NCBI GenBank assembly: GCA_963767925.1
Contig: CAVYGB010000002.1
Location: forward strand, 288,001 to 352,000
Direction of reading: 5' to 3'
DNA from: an uncultured delta proteobacterium
Lineage (GTDB): Bacteria > Myxococcota_A > Polyangia > Fen-1088
Length of the DNA: 64,000 nt
Shown: piece by piece, positions 51,792 to 63,654 of the stretch
Position numbering within the stretch: the first letter of the stretch is position 1
Layout: each line of letters starts with the position of its first letter
Translations under genes and position numbers: made by a program
Notes under the pieces: model-generated
Seen by the model: the letters and a program-made list of their open reading frames with translations, nothing else
The model's database searches: none
Told to the model about the DNA's origin: nothing

Positions 51792-54473
51792 TCAGCTCAG
51801 GTTCAGCTCCTTGCTCCCGTTATCCGTCACTGGAACTGGAGCCCGCCCCTCCCCCTGGAACAGCGGCAGCCGCACTCGAAAGGTCGTCTTGCCGGGGACC
51901 GAGGCGACCTCGATGGCTCCGTTGGCCCGGCTCACGACGAGCTGGGCGATGGCCAGGCCCAGGCCCCTGCCGTTGCCGGTCTTCGTCGTGAAAAACGGAG
52001 AGAAGATCCTCGCCACCGCGTCGGGGGCGATGCCCGGCCCGTTGTCCATCACCTCGAGGACGGCGCTCTTGCCGTCCTGCCGGGTCTGCACGCGCACGAC
52101 CCCTTTCTCGCCGACCGCCTCGACAGCGTTCTGGACGAGGCTGCGCACGAGCTGATTGAACTCCTCGGGGATGCAGTGGACGGCGCTCTTGTTTGCCTTC
52201 AGATCCAGCTCCACCTGACAGTCGGCCTCGATGGGGGGCGCCACCAGAGACGTCACCTCCTTGACCGCCTGGTCGAAGGCCACCTCGGAGGCCTCCTTGG
52301 GATAGCCCTCGCGGGCGTACCGCCGCATGATGGCCACCACACCTTCGATGCGAGAGACCCCCTCGGTGGCGCTCTTCACCAGCCGATCAATCCGCTCCTT
52401 GAGACGGTCGAGGGTGGCCACCCGCGCTGGATCGGTGAGGGCGGCGCCCGCCACCTGCTCCCGGATCTTGCCCACGTTCTCGAGAATCATGAGCTGAGCG
52501 CCCTTGATGAAGTTCAGCGGGTTCTGGATCTCGTGGGCCAACCCGCCGCTCACGATCTCCAGCCCCTCGGCGTGGGCCCGCATGAGGCTGTTGACGTGCC
52601 GGCCCCGCCGCTCGAGGAGCTGCTCGATGGTGGCCCGCAGCTCCTTGGGGTTGAAAGGCTTGGCCAGGTAGGCATCGATCCCCGCGGCCCGGGCCGCCAG
52701 CCGATCCTCGAGCTGGCCCTTGGCGGTCAACATGAGGATGGGCGTCTCGGCGAAGCGTGCGTCCTGGCGCAGGGCCTGGATCATCGTGAGGCCGTCCATC
52801 TCCGGCATCATGTAGTCGGTCACGATCAGGTCGGGGTGCTCGCGCTGGGCCACCTCCAGGCCCAGCCGGCCGTTGGGAGCGACGAAGACGGTGTACCCCT
52901 CCCGGAGCTGCAGATTGATGAACTCGAGGATATCTTCGTGGTCCTCGACGACGAGGACGCGCGGCTCCCCGGTGCTCTTGGACCGGCTAACCTCCCGGCG
53001 CTCGGCGGCGTCGCCGATCTCGGCGAAGCGGTAGTCGCTCTGACGTTGCAGGCGCAGAGCCCACTCCCGGGGCTCCTGGTCCTCCTGCCGCCGCAACTCG
53101 GTGGGGGCGTCGGCGGACTGGACACTGCGCCGGTCGCGCAGCCCCTCGGGGATGTGATCGGGGCCTTCCAGGAGCCGCACGACGAAGCGGCTGCCCTGAC
53201 CGGGGGTGCTGTCCACCGTGAGGTCGCCGCCGTGCAGGGTGACGATCTCCCGTGCATACGCCAGACCGATGCCGGTGCCTCCGTAGCGGCGGGTGACCGA
53301 GCCGTCGCCCTGGGTGAAGCGCTCGAAGATGCGAGGCAGCGCTTCGGGCGCGATGCCGATGCCGGTGTCGGTGACCGCCAGCTCGACCTGGCCGCCCTTG
53401 CTGTCGAGAGTGACGGTGACGCCGCCTTTGCTCGTGAATTTCAGGGCGTTGGAGATCAGATTGACGACCACCCGCTCCATCTTCTCTCCGTCGACGTGCA
53501 GATCCTGAGGAGTGTTCTCGACGATCAGGTCGAGCGTCAGCTTCTTTCGGTTGGCCAGCGGGCGAGCGTAGGCCACCACCTCGTCGAGCAAGCTCCGCAG
53601 ATCGTTGCGCTCGGGCCGCAGGCGGAGGAAGCCCTCCTCCTTCTTCGCCAGATCGAGGAGGTCGTTTATCAGCTTCAGCAAGCGGAGGGCGTTGCGGTGG
53701 TTGGCCTCGAGGTAGGCACGCTGGGTGGGCGTGAGCGGGCCGAAGTCCTCGGCTAGCAGGCCCTCGATGGGCGCGATGATCATCGTCAAGGGGGTGCGCA
53801 GCTCATGGGTGATGTTGGCGAAGAACTGCCGCTGAAAGCGGTTGAGCTCCTCGATCTTCGTGCGTTCCTCGGCCACCCGCTCGAGGACGGCGGCCGGCGC
53901 CGTGATCGACACGCCGAAGATGACCAGCAGGGCGAGGGTGAAGCCCATCGCCGCCGTGCCCGGGACGTTCCTCAAGAAAGGAAAGTCCAGCATGTGAGCC
54001 CCGTAGGCCATGCAGCTTATCGCGACCGCCTTGCCCGACATCCCCAGCGACGCCGTCCGGAAGAAGAGACCGCGAACGGGGGTCTCCATCAGCGGCAGGG
54101 CCACCCCCGCCGCGACCGGAAGGTTGACCAGCCAGAAGGGCGCACCGAGGAAGGAGGCCAGGAGACTGCCGCCTATCCCGGCGGCCATCGCGACCAGATA
54201 GAGCCGCATCCGGATCGAGAAGCCGCCGATGCGGGCGATCAGGTCGGCGTGGGCCAGCGAGACCAGGAAGCTGGGTGCCAGGGTCATGGCCAGGGCCAGG
54301 GCCGATTGGGCCGGGAAGCTTTGCACGAAACCAGCGACGATCGAAGATCCCCAGACGAGCACCAACCCGCGGTGCAGCTTGGTACGGTACTTGGCCCAGA
54401 ACACGAGCGACACCGCCAGGTTGATGACCATCACACCGACGCAAATCAGCAGCAGCTGCCGAACCGTCTCCAT
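51792..54473 (-). CDS. Membrane sensor: about 7 TM - HisKA/HATPase - REC - second HisKA/HATPase
   Basis: THELRTPL, NALKFT, GTGIGL; TDYMMP; AHEIQNPL, FFTTK..GRGLGL. Confidence 0.93.
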   Translation of the reverse strand: METVRQLLLICVGVMVINLAVSLVFWAKYRTKLHRGLVLVWGSSIVAGFVQSFPAQSALALAMTLAPSFLVSLAHADLIARIGGFSIRMRLYLVAMAAGIGGSLLASFLGAPFWLVNLPVAAGVALPLMETPVRGLFFRTASLGMSGKAVAISCMAYGAHMLDFPFLRNVPGTAAMGFTLALLVIFGVSITAPAAVLERVAEERTKIEELNRFQRQFFANITHELRTPLTMIIAPIEGLLAEDFGPLTPTQRAYLEANHRNALRLLKLINDLLDLAKKEEGFLRLRPERNDLRSLLDEVVAYARPLANRKKLTLDLIVENTPQDLHVDGEKMERVVVNLISNALKFTSKGGVTVTLDSKGGQVELAVTDTGIGIAPEALPRIFERFTQGDGSVTRRYGGTGIGLAYAREIVTLHGGDLTVDSTPGQGSRFVVRLLEGPDHIPEGLRDRRSVQSADAPTELRRQEDQEPREWALRLQRQSDYRFAEIGDAAERREVSRSKSTGEPRVLVVEDHEDILEFINLQLREGYTVFVAPNGRLGLEVAQREHPDLIVTDYMMPEMDGLTMIQALRQDARFAETPILMLTAKGQLEDRLAARAAGIDAYLAKPFNPKELRATIEQLLERRGRHVNSLMRAHAEGLEIVSGGLAHEIQNPLNFIKGAQLMILENVGKIREQVAGAALTDPARVATLDRLKERIDRLVKSATEGVSRIEGVVAIMRRYAREGYPKEASEVAFDQAVKEVTSLVAPPIEADCQVELDLKANKSAVHCIPEEFNQLVRSLVQNAVEAVGEKGVVRVQTRQDGKSAVLEVMDNGPGIAPDAVARIFSPFFTTKTGNGRGLGLAIAQLVVSRANGAIEVASVPGKTTFRVRLPLFQGEGRAPVPVTDNGSKELNLS

Positions 54474-54599
54474 CGCTCCCCCCCCGCTTCATCCCCCCGC
54501 TATCTGGACGCATCGCCATGCGCGCGGCGGTAGTAGCTAGGGTTCGGTGGGCGAGGCTGCGTACCTTACCCTCGGTGCGGGTGGCGGTGATTTGCATCC

Positions 54600-55568
54600 T
54601 CACACCGACGAGGGCGGTGGCGGATCGGTGCCCAGCACAATCTGGGCGAACGGTCGGCGGCGGCGAGACAGGTTCCAGGAGACCCCACGCTCTTCGTGAT
54701 ACGAGCGGCCGGCCACCTCCTTGAGCAGGCGGCGGGCCCGGCGCAGGCGGTACCAGGGCAAGGCGGGAAAGAGATGATGCTCGGTGTGGAAGTTGAAGTT
54801 GAGGGTGAAAAACTCGGAGACGACGGGCGGGTAGTAACAAGAGCGTGTGGTCACCCATTGCTCCCAGAGGGGCAAACGCCCCTCATGCGTGGGCATACCA
54901 ACGTGATGGGGAAGGTTGACCAGCTCGACGACGACGAGGTACGTGACGAGGGCGGGGCCGAAGTTTGTGAAAGTGAGCAGCCCCGGCTGCACCTGGGCGA
55001 CCACGAGGTAGGCCCCCGCCAGGAAAGCCACCGAAGAGGCGCAGCGGAGGAGCTGTCCGCGGCTGACTCCCCGAGCCTGAAGCAAACGCAGGGGGTAGGT
55101 CCAGAAGACCACGTGCTGGAACACGGCCATGATCGGGATCCAGCTCCGCCAGCCGAAGCTGACCGGCCCGGGCACCTTGCCTCTTTCCCGCCAGACCCGG
55201 AGCGCGCGCATGGTGGGGTCGCGGTCGACGTTCCCCGTCCACACGTGGTGGGCTTGGTGGATGAACTTCCAGGGAAAGTAGGGCAAGAAACAAAGGACGC
55301 TGGCCAGGTGTCCGAACACGGTATTCATCCAGGGACGAGAAAAGGCGCTGCCGTGGCCGCACTCGTGCAGGAGGGCGAAGCTCTGGAAGAAGGCCGTCAC
55401 CAGCAGGAGCTGCGACAAGAGGTAGGCCCCCCTGCCACCCGCCCGCAGCATCAGCAGGGCGAGCCCCACGAGGGTGATCGTCCCCGTCCACACCAGCAAC
55501 GTGATCGCCGTGCTGGGCTCGAAGGATAGGGACCGCTTGAGGGTCACGTATTCAGCCTTTCCGAACAT
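54600..55568 (-). CDS. Membrane fatty-acid desaturase family enzyme
   Basis: Three His boxes: HECGH, HQAHH and HTEHH. Confidence 0.92.
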   Translation of the reverse strand: MFGKAEYVTLKRSLSFEPSTAITLLVWTGTITLVGLALLMLRAGGRGAYLLSQLLLVTAFFQSFALLHECGHGSAFSRPWMNTVFGHLASVLCFLPYFPWKFIHQAHHVWTGNVDRDPTMRALRVWRERGKVPGPVSFGWRSWIPIMAVFQHVVFWTYPLRLLQARGVSRGQLLRCASSVAFLAGAYLVVAQVQPGLLTFTNFGPALVTYLVVVELVNLPHHVGMPTHEGRLPLWEQWVTTRSCYYPPVVSEFFTLNFNFHTEHHLFPALPWYRLRRARRLLKEVAGRSYHEERGVSWNLSRRRRPFAQIVLGTDPPPPSSV

Positions 55569-55586
55569 CGTCTGCGGCTCTCCCTG

Positions 55587-57782
55587 TCAGGTCGTTCGTG
55601 CGAAGCGCAGCTCGGCGTCGAGGTAGGCGAGCCAGGCCGGCAACACCCGGACCCGGGCCAGCCAGCGAACGCCCGGCCCGATGGCCTGCCATCCCAGGGA
55701 GGTCAAGGTCTCGCCCCCCTGCGTCCCATCCTGGAAGAAGAGACACTCAGAGGCGCCGGCGTCGCGGTAGTGCTGAAGCACGGTCGTCATCAGCGCGGCG
55801 AAGTTCCGGCCCCGCGGGGCCCGGGGGCTCAAGGGGATGGTCCAGCACAGGTTCATCAGTCCGAAGATGCTGACGCAGTCGGAGCTCGACTCGCACAGGA
55901 CCGCCAGCAACGGCTCTCCGTTCTCGCTAGCGACGAAGATCTCCCGCCCGCGGGTCAGCCCCCGCCGGGCGCTGTCAGCAGAGAAGGCCCGCAGGTCCAG
56001 CTCGGACTCGCCCAGGGAGAAGGCGTCGACGAGCAGCGGGGAAAGAGTGTTCCCGGCGACCTTGGCCACCAGTGCCCGTTCCTCGGCGGTCGCCGGGCCC
56101 ACAATGGCGCCGGAGTCGGTCTCGACCACCGGCGGCTCATCGCTGGTGTGACGGCGGTAGACCTGCAGGAGGTCGTAGAGCTGGTCGGAGGCGGTGCCGT
56201 ATTTGTCGACGAAGTCGCCGTACAGCCGCTGGTTCCAGAGCTTTCCCTCCTGGAAATACGACAAGAAGTAGGTGCACCCGGCGACGTGCTGCAGGGTGTA
56301 CATGATCCCGGAGTAGAGTTCGCGGGAGAGGTCGAGAAACTGCTCGCGCCCACCTTCAAGGCGCTGAGCCTTATCGACGGCGAGCCCATGCATGAGCCAG
56401 GTGCGGGGGTGGCTCTGATTGGCGGCGATGGTGCCCACCGGCGCGCGTCGATCGGTGAGAAGCAGGAGCCGCCCGCTATCGCCGCCGAAGCGGGTCCAGG
56501 CGTTCTTGAAGTCCCGGCGCACCTCCCCGGTGCGCCCGGGGGGGATCCACTTCTCGAGGTATGCTGACCGTTCGTACACCTCCCACACCCGGTCGATTCC
56601 CTCGGCGCTGGCGGCGGACACCCGGGGGTGCATGCGCCCGAACACGAACTCGTGCCAGCGGCCCTGATCGTCCGGGCTCGCGAAGTCGAGCAGCTCGACG
56701 CCGAAGCGGACCTCCGCACCGGCCGCGCGGCTCATGCCCCGGATCTTGCCCGTGGCTTGCAAGAGGCTGCCGTCGGGGAGCGACAGGTGCATGTTGGGCA
56801 GCCGGTCGCCGGGAAACAGGAGGTCGTTGTGCCAGTCCAGCGTCAAGCCGATGCCTCGGGCCGCTAGATCGCGGGCCGGCTTCGACAGGTCTCGCCCCAC
56901 GACGTGGGGGTGAGGGAACCGCACCTGCAGGCGATCGTCGATCGCCAGCGCCTTGCGAGAGGAATCGCGAAAACCCGTCTGCAGCGTCTGCAGCGGCATC
57001 CCAAGCACCACCCGCCCGTTGCGGGAGGCCAGCACGGGGGCCTCGAAGATGAAGACCGAGTTGCGGCCGGGGAGCAGGAAAGTCAGGTTGGCCCCGGCGC
57101 TGAGGGCCTTGCCGTCACCCCGGAACACGCCGATCATGACGTCGGCGCCGTGGTCGACGCCCAGGGATACAATCTGGAGCTGCGCGTCCTGCGCCTCCCC
57201 GTCGCGGAACACGTGCAGGGTGGCCTGGTCCCTGATCGCGGCGGCGAGGATCACCCGATTTATCGACTCCCGGTTCTGATTGCGGACGGCGCGTTCGCTC
57301 TCCATGAGGCGGGTGATGTCAATGCTGCCCTTGAGGTACTCCCGCACCATGAACCGGGAGAGGGCGCCCAAGCGCGGGCGGTCGAGCTCGCCGAAGCTCA
57401 CGCCGACTCCAACGGCGTCGTGGTCCGGCAGCGGGATGGTTCGCACGACGCGGACGAGAGTGTGAAAGGCGGGCTCGCCGGCCAGGTGGACGATCACCGG
57501 CAGGCGGGTCGAATGGTTCAGTCCCTCGGCGGAGGCGAGCACCAGGCTACCGCCGCCGGCGCTGATGTCGCGCAGCTCGGAGCGAGTGTGATCGCCGAGC
57601 TCGATGCGCGCACGGCCCGGCAGAAGCCGCAGACGATAGCTGGCTCGGCGGTCGATGTCGTCGGACGTGTTCCGCCCGGCCTCGCCGTCGCGGCCCGTCC
57701 AGACGGAAAGAACGGGGGTCTCGAGACCTCCGCCGCTGACCGGCACGGCGAAGAAGCTGTCTGGACCGAAGATCACGCTCAT
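55587..57782 (-). CDS. Two PilZ domains plus a C-terminal GNAT-like acyltransferase region
   Basis: RRASYR + DISAGG; RDSSR + DLAARG; C-terminal alpha/beta region (PVGTIAA...TWLMHGLAVD) suggests a GNAT fold. Confidence 0.75.
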   Translation of the reverse strand: MSVIFGPDSFFAVPVSGGGLETPVLSVWTGRDGEAGRNTSDDIDRRASYRLRLLPGRARIELGDHTRSELRDISAGGGSLVLASAEGLNHSTRLPVIVHLAGEPAFHTLVRVVRTIPLPDHDAVGVGVSFGELDRPRLGALSRFMVREYLKGSIDITRLMESERAVRNQNRESINRVILAAAIRDQATLHVFRDGEAQDAQLQIVSLGVDHGADVMIGVFRGDGKALSAGANLTFLLPGRNSVFIFEAPVLASRNGRVVLGMPLQTLQTGFRDSSRKALAIDDRLQVRFPHPHVVGRDLSKPARDLAARGIGLTLDWHNDLLFPGDRLPNMHLSLPDGSLLQATGKIRGMSRAAGAEVRFGVELLDFASPDDQGRWHEFVFGRMHPRVSAASAEGIDRVWEVYERSAYLEKWIPPGRTGEVRRDFKNAWTRFGGDSGRLLLLTDRRAPVGTIAANQSHPRTWLMHGLAVDKAQRLEGGREQFLDLSRELYSGIMYTLQHVAGCTYFLSYFQEGKLWNQRLYGDFVDKYGTASDQLYDLLQVYRRHTSDEPPVVETDSGAIVGPATAEERALVAKVAGNTLSPLLVDAFSLGESELDLRAFSADSARRGLTRGREIFVASENGEPLLAVLCESSSDCVSIFGLMNLCWTIPLSPRAPRGRNFAALMTTVLQHYRDAGASECLFFQDGTQGGETLTSLGWQAIGPGVRWLARVRVLPAWLAYLDAELRFARTT

Positions 57783-58043
57783 GAATGCCGCGCCCCCTTC
57801 GCCGCAGATTGTTGTGCCACGTGGCGTGTAACGCTTGTTACGACACGAAGTGGCAAAAAGGTGGGTGCGAGGGATGTGCCACCCCACCTCGGCCGGACCG
57901 GTCATGGTGGGAGGCGCGCAATCTGCCGCAAAGGCTGGCTCACCGTCGGCGACCAGAGGCGCTGTCCTATCCTCGGTATGGTGGCGGCGCCTGCGGTACT
58001 GGTGTGCAGACCCTACACAACGCCCCTGGCTATCGGCCGGCGT

Positions 58044-59576
<1,533 letters not shown>

Positions 59577-59756
59577 CGGCCACCCGGGCACATGGGGGGA
59601 GTTTGCCTCACGGGTAGGAGCGCCGGGCGCAAACCTGGGCGAAGATGGAGGCAGGTGACGCGACGGGCCTGCCGTCGCGTCGAATGGGGGCTCAACCGGG
59701 CGCGCTCTGGCACCGATGAGGCCATGGGCAGAGCAACCACCGGTGGGGACTTCAGC

Positions 59757-61752
59757 ATGACCTTCGCGGCGACCGGAGAGGCCAGGGGCGAGGCGACCGA
59801 TCGGATCTCGGCGCTCGAAGGCGCGATGGGCAACGGCGATCGGGAGGGCGCCATCATGGATGCGCTCGGGGATCCCTCGACCCTGGTGCGCGAGCGGGCC
59901 ATCGCGCTGGCCGCCCGCCACCTGTCGCCCGAGGCGCTCGGCGCCCTGCTGGGCAACGGGGAGAACGCGGTGCTGCGCAACTCGGCCTTCGCCGCGCTCG
60001 AGCGGCAGGGGCCCTACGCCGTCCCTCATCTATTGAAGCTCACGGTGGACGGGGACAGCGAAGTGGCGATGTTCTCGGTGCAGATCCTGTCGCTCATCAA
60101 CGACAGCTCGGCCAGCCGCGCGCTGCTGCCCCTGCTCGACCACCCCGACCGCAACATCGCCCAGTCGGCCATCGAGGCCCTCGGCAACGTGCAGGCGATC
60201 GAGGCGGTGCCGGCCCTGATCCGCCTGCTCAACGCCGACCTGTGGCTGCAGTTCGCGGCGGTGGTGGCCCTCGGCAAGCTGGGCGATCCCCGGGCGGTGC
60301 GCCCCTTGCTCGAGCTGTGTTCCCACGAGGTGCTGGGCGAGCCGGCCATCGAGGCCCTGGGGCGCATCGGCTCGCCCGAGGCCCTGCGGCCGCTTGTCGA
60401 GCTGCTGTACGCCAACGACCGCATCCCTCAGCGCGACCAGGTGCTGCGGGCGGTGGCCGCCACCCTCGAGCGCAACCCGCCCGCCCCCAGCCAGGGCAGC
60501 CGGGTGCGGGCCGGCCTCACCGAGGTGGGGCAGAAGAGCGGCCTGACCGACTGGCTGCGCGGTCTGCTCGGCTGCGACGACGTCGAGCTGGCCCGGGCCG
60601 CCGCCACCGCGGTGGTCCACCTGCAGCTCTGGGAGCTGATGCCCCAGGTGCTCCTGCGCAGCGCCGATCCCGAGGAGGTGCGCTGGACGGCGGCCTTCTT
60701 CCGCCGCTGCCGCAAGCAGACCCAGCCCCCCTTGCTCGAGCTGCTGCGCAGCGACGACCTGCGGGTGCGGCGGGGGGCCCTGGCCTGCGGGGCCTTCGAC
60801 GGGCGGGCGGTGGGCCCCCTCATGTTGTGCATGCGCGACAAGGAGGCCGACGTGCGCGCCGCCGCCTGCCGGGCGGTGGGGGCCCTGCGCAAGCCCCACG
60901 CCATCTCCGCCCTGTGCACCAGCCTGCGCTCGGACAACAGCCAGGAGCGGACCGCCGCCGCCCACGCCCTGAGCCAGATGCCCGGGCAGCGGCTCGACGT
61001 GCTCGAGCCGGACCTCGACCCCGCGCTCGAGCCCGACCGCATCGTCACCGCCCTCGAGATCCTCGAGTCGGCGCGCAGCACCTGCCTGTCGGCCAAGGTG
61101 GCGGGGCTGCTGCGCGATCCCCGGCCCATCATCCGCCGCTCGGCGCTGCGGGTGCTGCGCCACCAGGGCGGGCGGGGCCCCGATGATCGCATCGTCGAGA
61201 TGCTGGCCGATCCCGATCCTTCGGTGCGCACCGAGGCGGTGGAGGCGCTGGTGCGGCGGCGCTGCCGCAAGGCGGAGGCCGCCCTGGTGGGGTTGCTCGA
61301 CCTGTCCGACCCGCTCCGCTACCACGTCATCCGGGGGCTGGGCCGGCTGCAGGTGGCGCAGCGCGGCGGCCAAGCTGATGGAGATCTTCGCCACCGCCCC
61401 CTCCCACGAGCGGATCGAGATCGTCGCCGCCCTCAACCTGATCGCCGCCCCCGGGCTGCTGCCCTTCTTGAAGGATCGCCTCGGGGACCACGACCTCGAG
61501 ACCCGGCGGGTGGCCTCCGACGGCCTGGCCCGCCTGGCCCGCCCGGAGGACGTCGCCGAGCTGGTGACCCTGTCGAGCGACGCCGACTGGACGGTGCGCA
61601 ACCACGCCGCCTGGGGCCTGGGCCGGCTGGCGCTGCCCCAGCTCCGCGACGTGCTCTTGCAGCTCTGCCGCGACGTCGAGCCGGTGGTGGCCCGCACCGC
61701 CCGGGTGGCGCTGAGCAAGCTCGCCGCCAAACCGCCGGGCGCCGTCGGATGA
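59757..61752 (+). CDS. HEAT-repeat protein, frameshifted near 61355
   Basis: Repeated L.D.D..VR..A..ALG units; repeats resume in ORF 61183..61752 after ...GLGRLQV. Confidence 0.85.
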
Positions 61753-62576
61753 AACACCTGACCGACGAGGAATGGAAGCTCCTCTCCGATCTCATCAGCG
61801 AGCACTTCGGGCTGGTCTTCCCCACCACCCGCCGGGCGCTGCTCGAACACCGGCTGCGGGCCCGCCTCGAGCGGCTGCACCTCGACACCTTCGCGGAATA
61901 TTACCGCTTCCTGGTCTGTCACCCCGAGCGGCACAACGAGCTGCGCGAGCTGCCGATGCTCATCACCAACAACGAGACCTACTTCTTCCGGGAAGCGCAC
62001 CAGTTCCGGATGTTGACCAAACACCTGCTGCCCGAGCTGGGGCCCCGCCTGCGCCAGCGCCCGCTGCGCATCCTCTCGGCCGGCTGCTCCTCGGGCGACG
62101 AGGTCTACTCGATCGTCATCTCGCTCTACGAGTGGTCGGACAACCTGGCGGGGGGCAACTGGCTGGTCGACGCCTGCGACCTCAACCGCCAGCGGCTGGT
62201 GCAGGCCCGCGAGGCGGTCTACGAGCCCAACCACCTGCGGGCCTGCGACGAGGTCATGCGGACGGCCTACTTCGACCAGCGCGACGGGCGGTTCGCCCTG
62301 CGCAAGAAGTTCATGACCGGGACCCGCTTCTTCGAGCTGAACCTGGCCTCCACCACGATGGAGTTCCCCGGCGCCCCCTACGACATCATCTTCTGCCGCA
62401 ACGTCCTCATCTACTTCTCCAACCCGGCCTTCGAAGCGCTGATCGGTCGCTTCCACGAGGCGCTGGCCGACCACGGCTATCTGTTCCTGGGGCACGCCGA
62501 ATCGCTGATCGGCCGGCGCGAGGACTTCCGTCCCGTGCGCTACCAGGGCAGCATCGTCTACGAAAAGCGCCGATGA
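61749..62576 (+). CDS. cheR: Chemotaxis methyltransferase CheR
   Basis: TNNETYFFRE, SAGCSSGDE, DIIFCRNVLIYF and LFLGHAES motifs. Confidence 0.95.
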   Translation: MKHLTDEEWKLLSDLISEHFGLVFPTTRRALLEHRLRARLERLHLDTFAEYYRFLVCHPERHNELRELPMLITNNETYFFREAHQFRMLTKHLLPELGPRLRQRPLRILSAGCSSGDEVYSIVISLYEWSDNLAGGNWLVDACDLNRQRLVQAREAVYEPNHLRACDEVMRTAYFDQRDGRFALRKKFMTGTRFFELNLASTTMEFPGAPYDIIFCRNVLIYFSNPAFEALIGRFHEALADHGYLFLGHAESLIGRREDFRPVRYQGSIVYEKRR

Positions 62577-63631
62577 CCCGGGTGTTCGTCGTCGACGACT
62601 CGCCTTTCATCCGGAAAGCGCTCTCGCGGATCCTGTCGTTGCGCCCCGACTTCGTGCTGGTGGGGGCGGCCGCCTCGGGGACCGAGGCCCTCGAGCGCAT
62701 CCCCACCGCCCGCCCCCACGTCGTCACCCTCGACGTCGAGATGCCGGGCCTGGACGGGCTCGAGACCTTGAAGCAGCTCATGAACCGCCACCCCGGGCTG
62801 CCGGTGGTGATGCTGTCGGCCCACACCCACGACGGGGCCCACACCACCCTCGACGCCATGGCCATGGGGGCGATGGACTTCATCGACAAGAGCGGCCTCA
62901 ACGTGATGGACTTCGACCGGCTCTCGCGCGAGCTGCTCGGCAAGATCGAGGCCTGCCGGGACAGCCGCCGCCCCTTCAAGTGGGACCGGCCCGGGCGCCC
63001 CACCCCGGTCGCCACCCCCCGCCCCTTCGGCCTGCGCCCGCGCTCGCAGTCGCTGCCCCGGGTCGACTGGGCGGCCTTCGACCTGTGCGTGATCGGGGCC
63101 TCGACCGGGGGGCCGGCGGCCCTGCAGGCGGTCGTCGAGCGCATCCCCACCAGCTTCCCGGTGCCGGTGGCGGTCGTGCAGCACATGCCGGTGGGGTTCA
63201 CCAAGCCCTTCGCCGACCGGCTCAACGGCCTGGCCCGCATCCGCGTGCGCGAGGCGCTCGACCAGGACCTGCTCGAGCCGGGGGTGATGCTGGTGGCCCG
63301 GGCGGGGGCCCACCTGCACGTGGCGCCCGACCTGACGACGGCGGTGGCGCTCGACCCCCTCGACGCCAAGCACATCCCCAGCGTCGACGTGTTGATGACC
63401 TCGGCGGCGCGGGCCCGGGGCAAGCGGGTGCTCGGGGTGCTGCTGACCGGGATGGGGGACGACGGCGCCGAGGGGATGCTCGCCATCCACCGGCAGGGCG
63501 GCCTCACGGTGGCCGAGAGCGAGGAGACCTGCGTGGTCTTCGGCATGCCCCGGGCGGCGCACATGCGCGGCGGGGTCTCGCACCTGCTGCCCCTGCCCGA
63601 CATCTGCCAGCTTTTTTCGCCGAACGACTAG
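62573..63631 (+). CDS. cheB: Chemotaxis methylesterase CheB (REC + esterase)
   Basis: VVDDS, LDVEMP, GASTGGP, QHMP and LTGMGDDG motifs. Confidence 0.96.
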   Translation: MTRVFVVDDSPFIRKALSRILSLRPDFVLVGAAASGTEALERIPTARPHVVTLDVEMPGLDGLETLKQLMNRHPGLPVVMLSAHTHDGAHTTLDAMAMGAMDFIDKSGLNVMDFDRLSRELLGKIEACRDSRRPFKWDRPGRPTPVATPRPFGLRPRSQSLPRVDWAAFDLCVIGASTGGPAALQAVVERIPTSFPVPVAVVQHMPVGFTKPFADRLNGLARIRVREALDQDLLEPGVMLVARAGAHLHVAPDLTTAVALDPLDAKHIPSVDVLMTSAARARGKRVLGVLLTGMGDDGAEGMLAIHRQGGLTVAESEETCVVFGMPRAAHMRGGVSHLLPLPDICQLFSPND

Positions 63632-63654
63632 AGGTCTTCGAGGGGTAGGGGCCA

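Noticed and set aside
57804..57819. Sigma54 promoter TGGCAC...TGC on the minus strand before the PilZ gene
   Set aside because: The spacing is GG-N11-GC, not the required N10.
59592..62576. 994-aa HEAT-CheR fusion
   Set aside because: HEAT repeats continue in another frame to 61752, and cheR has its own overlapping ATG; the fusion arises from a single-base frameshift.
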